Assembly: GCA_963718615.1 (NCBI GenBank)
Contig: OY970368.1
Coordinates: 704,001 to 768,000 of the forward strand
Length of the DNA stretch: 64,000 bases
Source: an uncultured cyanobacterium
Lineage (GTDB): Bacteria > Cyanobacteriota > Cyanobacteriia > PCC-9006 > JAAUQQ01
Reading direction: 5' to 3'
Numbering within the stretch: position 1 is the first letter of the stretch; every line of letters starts with the position of its first letter. The notes beneath the pieces were generated by a model. That model was not told the DNA's origin. It saw nothing but the letters and a program-made list of their open reading frames with translations, and ran no database searches. Positions 63,601 to 64,000 of the stretch are shown here, in pieces. A program made the position numbers and the translations under genes.

Positions 63601-64000
63601 AACATTTACAGATGCAGAGGTTTCATGAAGTCCTTCTACAAAAGACCTGACATTGCCAATTCTTATGCTATCTCCCGATTTTACTGAAATATCTCCACCA
63701 TTAGAAGAGACTTCAATATTATCAGTACTTCCTCCTGTTAGTTCATCAGAAGTTGGATATTGTATCTGACCTAAAAATGAAACGGCACTTGAGCTAATTA
63801 GAGTGCTAGTATATGTAGACAAATTCCCGATATCGACCGAACTGTCCGAGTCAATGATGATATCTCCTGCGGCAGCCGATAATTGAATTTCTCCAATTTT
63901 CCCACCTTTTCCGGACCAGTAAGAGAGTAGGTCTGAAGATGCAGATAAGGTTATATCAGAATTTATATACGAAGATATATCTTCCGTTTTAGTTAGGCTT
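60676..64000 (-). CDS. Filamentous haemagglutinin-like (two-partner secretion) exoprotein; 5' end outside window
   Basis: Frame is open to the window edge; GxGGNI beta-helix repeats; C-terminal SDITANA..GNGGNI, SDITASS, C...SRFVQRGRWGIP, EAQDW. Confidence 0.9.
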   Translation of the reverse strand, partial: SLTKTEDISSYINSDITLSASSDLLSYWSGKGGKIGEIQLSAAAGDIIIDSDSSVDIGNLSTYTSTLISSSAVSFLGQIQYPTSDELTGGSTDNIEVSSNGGDISVKSGDSIRIGNVRSFVEGLHETSASVNVEKRFGSFYTLEDFTGETGISGTIRETAQSGKISVSQYNGVLALRNIDFSSSVINMNGDSGEIQILSPSIELKNFTASTSIAGEGSSGGIYLSSEKTVSLDNSRLTTAIEPGANGKGGNIELEGESILLKGFTLVDTTNFGDEIAGNVVLLSKKDITILDSSIVTITGGLGDAGDVILLSEGTLDLFGNSVVSTASLPGSRGSGGNIIVQSLEGLVVDGRTALIFPSKQLSANAKIQERSGFNDDFKNAQDLDSAFGVDINDADNPEIELSNQVPYVSIEGYLDESDISGTEYLEFGDKDVYAFNVASAGVRLRWKTPLDSTSRFLFVDLIDENGQILNDQDDSNGSRFDFSLGEFIFEKPGRYALRIVSYDPGEYILNVQLTDSLPVSTGFSAQSQSSGNAGNIFIETPQISLLDGGQIATSATGSGKAGNITLSAFNSDILNINFQNNLSSIPDTSQFVSQITAETRSTGNGGNIILAAPTAINITGNGVLNAQTSATGSAGNVTVTTDRFTLDQGTRLTTTATATATPPANTLEPSANITLNANEMNLFGTVQVLSETQGEAQAGRLTLRSNTSDDLTINLREQSRVSASTSSSGKGGSLLITAPNSVSISGEGSLSAETSGSGLAGNLMVETQRFTLQNNAQLSTSTTGEGNGGNLRLIAPQSITLQNQAQVVARSSSAGKAGNLEIETGQLNLRQAEASVSSSGVGDGGNLEIDARAIALYDQSRLSASTASGEGGNLRFSVDETLLLRHGSKIATNAGGSGNGGNIDLTVPFLLGIPRENSDITANAVRGNGGNINITGQSIIGLKFRPQLTLLSDITASSEFGAQGNIALDIIDADPSQGLSELPSSLVDPTALIDRRCELVANPTRSSRFVQRGRWGIPSSPERSAQDAPFQADLGPDLQIESVALAQPTPTIQESVSLLPIPILEAQDWSRDARGNIQLLAARPVYPNHSPQVCSGDRTQIQETKS

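Larger units (their letters stand above)
1..64000. repeat. HIP1 octamer GCGATCGC, highly iterated
   Basis: Many copies throughout (e.g. 16343-16350); none noticed inside the IS605 element. Confidence 0.9.

Overview
Cyanobacterial chromosomal window; the HIP1 octamer GCGATCGC is abundant and there is a cpc operon. Bases 1-40 kb are mostly core genes: tamB, cpcBA-cpcC-cpcC-cpcD, narM-narB-nirB-like/nirA with two NtcA promoters, pntAB, dam, rbfA, a biliverdin-type phytochrome two-component cluster, alpha-amylase and a GH3 hydrolase. pcyA, just upstream of cpcBA, is split by an apparently intact IS200/IS605 (tnpA+tnpB) element with exact ends at 10190-11974. An NsiR1-like sRNA lies at about 1152-1201. 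From about 46.6 kb to the window end is a more AT-rich locus. It encodes a sigma-like factor, DUF1822, a membrane CHAT(caspase-like)-CHASE2 protein, DUF928, an exported TPR-CHAT protease and a filamentous-haemagglutinin-type exoprotein. A bipartite motif, AAC(G/C)TGTAAA-N16-(G/T)GATTAA-N4-GTG, occurs three times: before the sigma-like gene, the FG-GAP gene and the CsgG-like gene. This suggests an autoregulated, protease-controlled sigma-factor signalling system. Domain calls come from recognising motifs by eye; no database searches were run.
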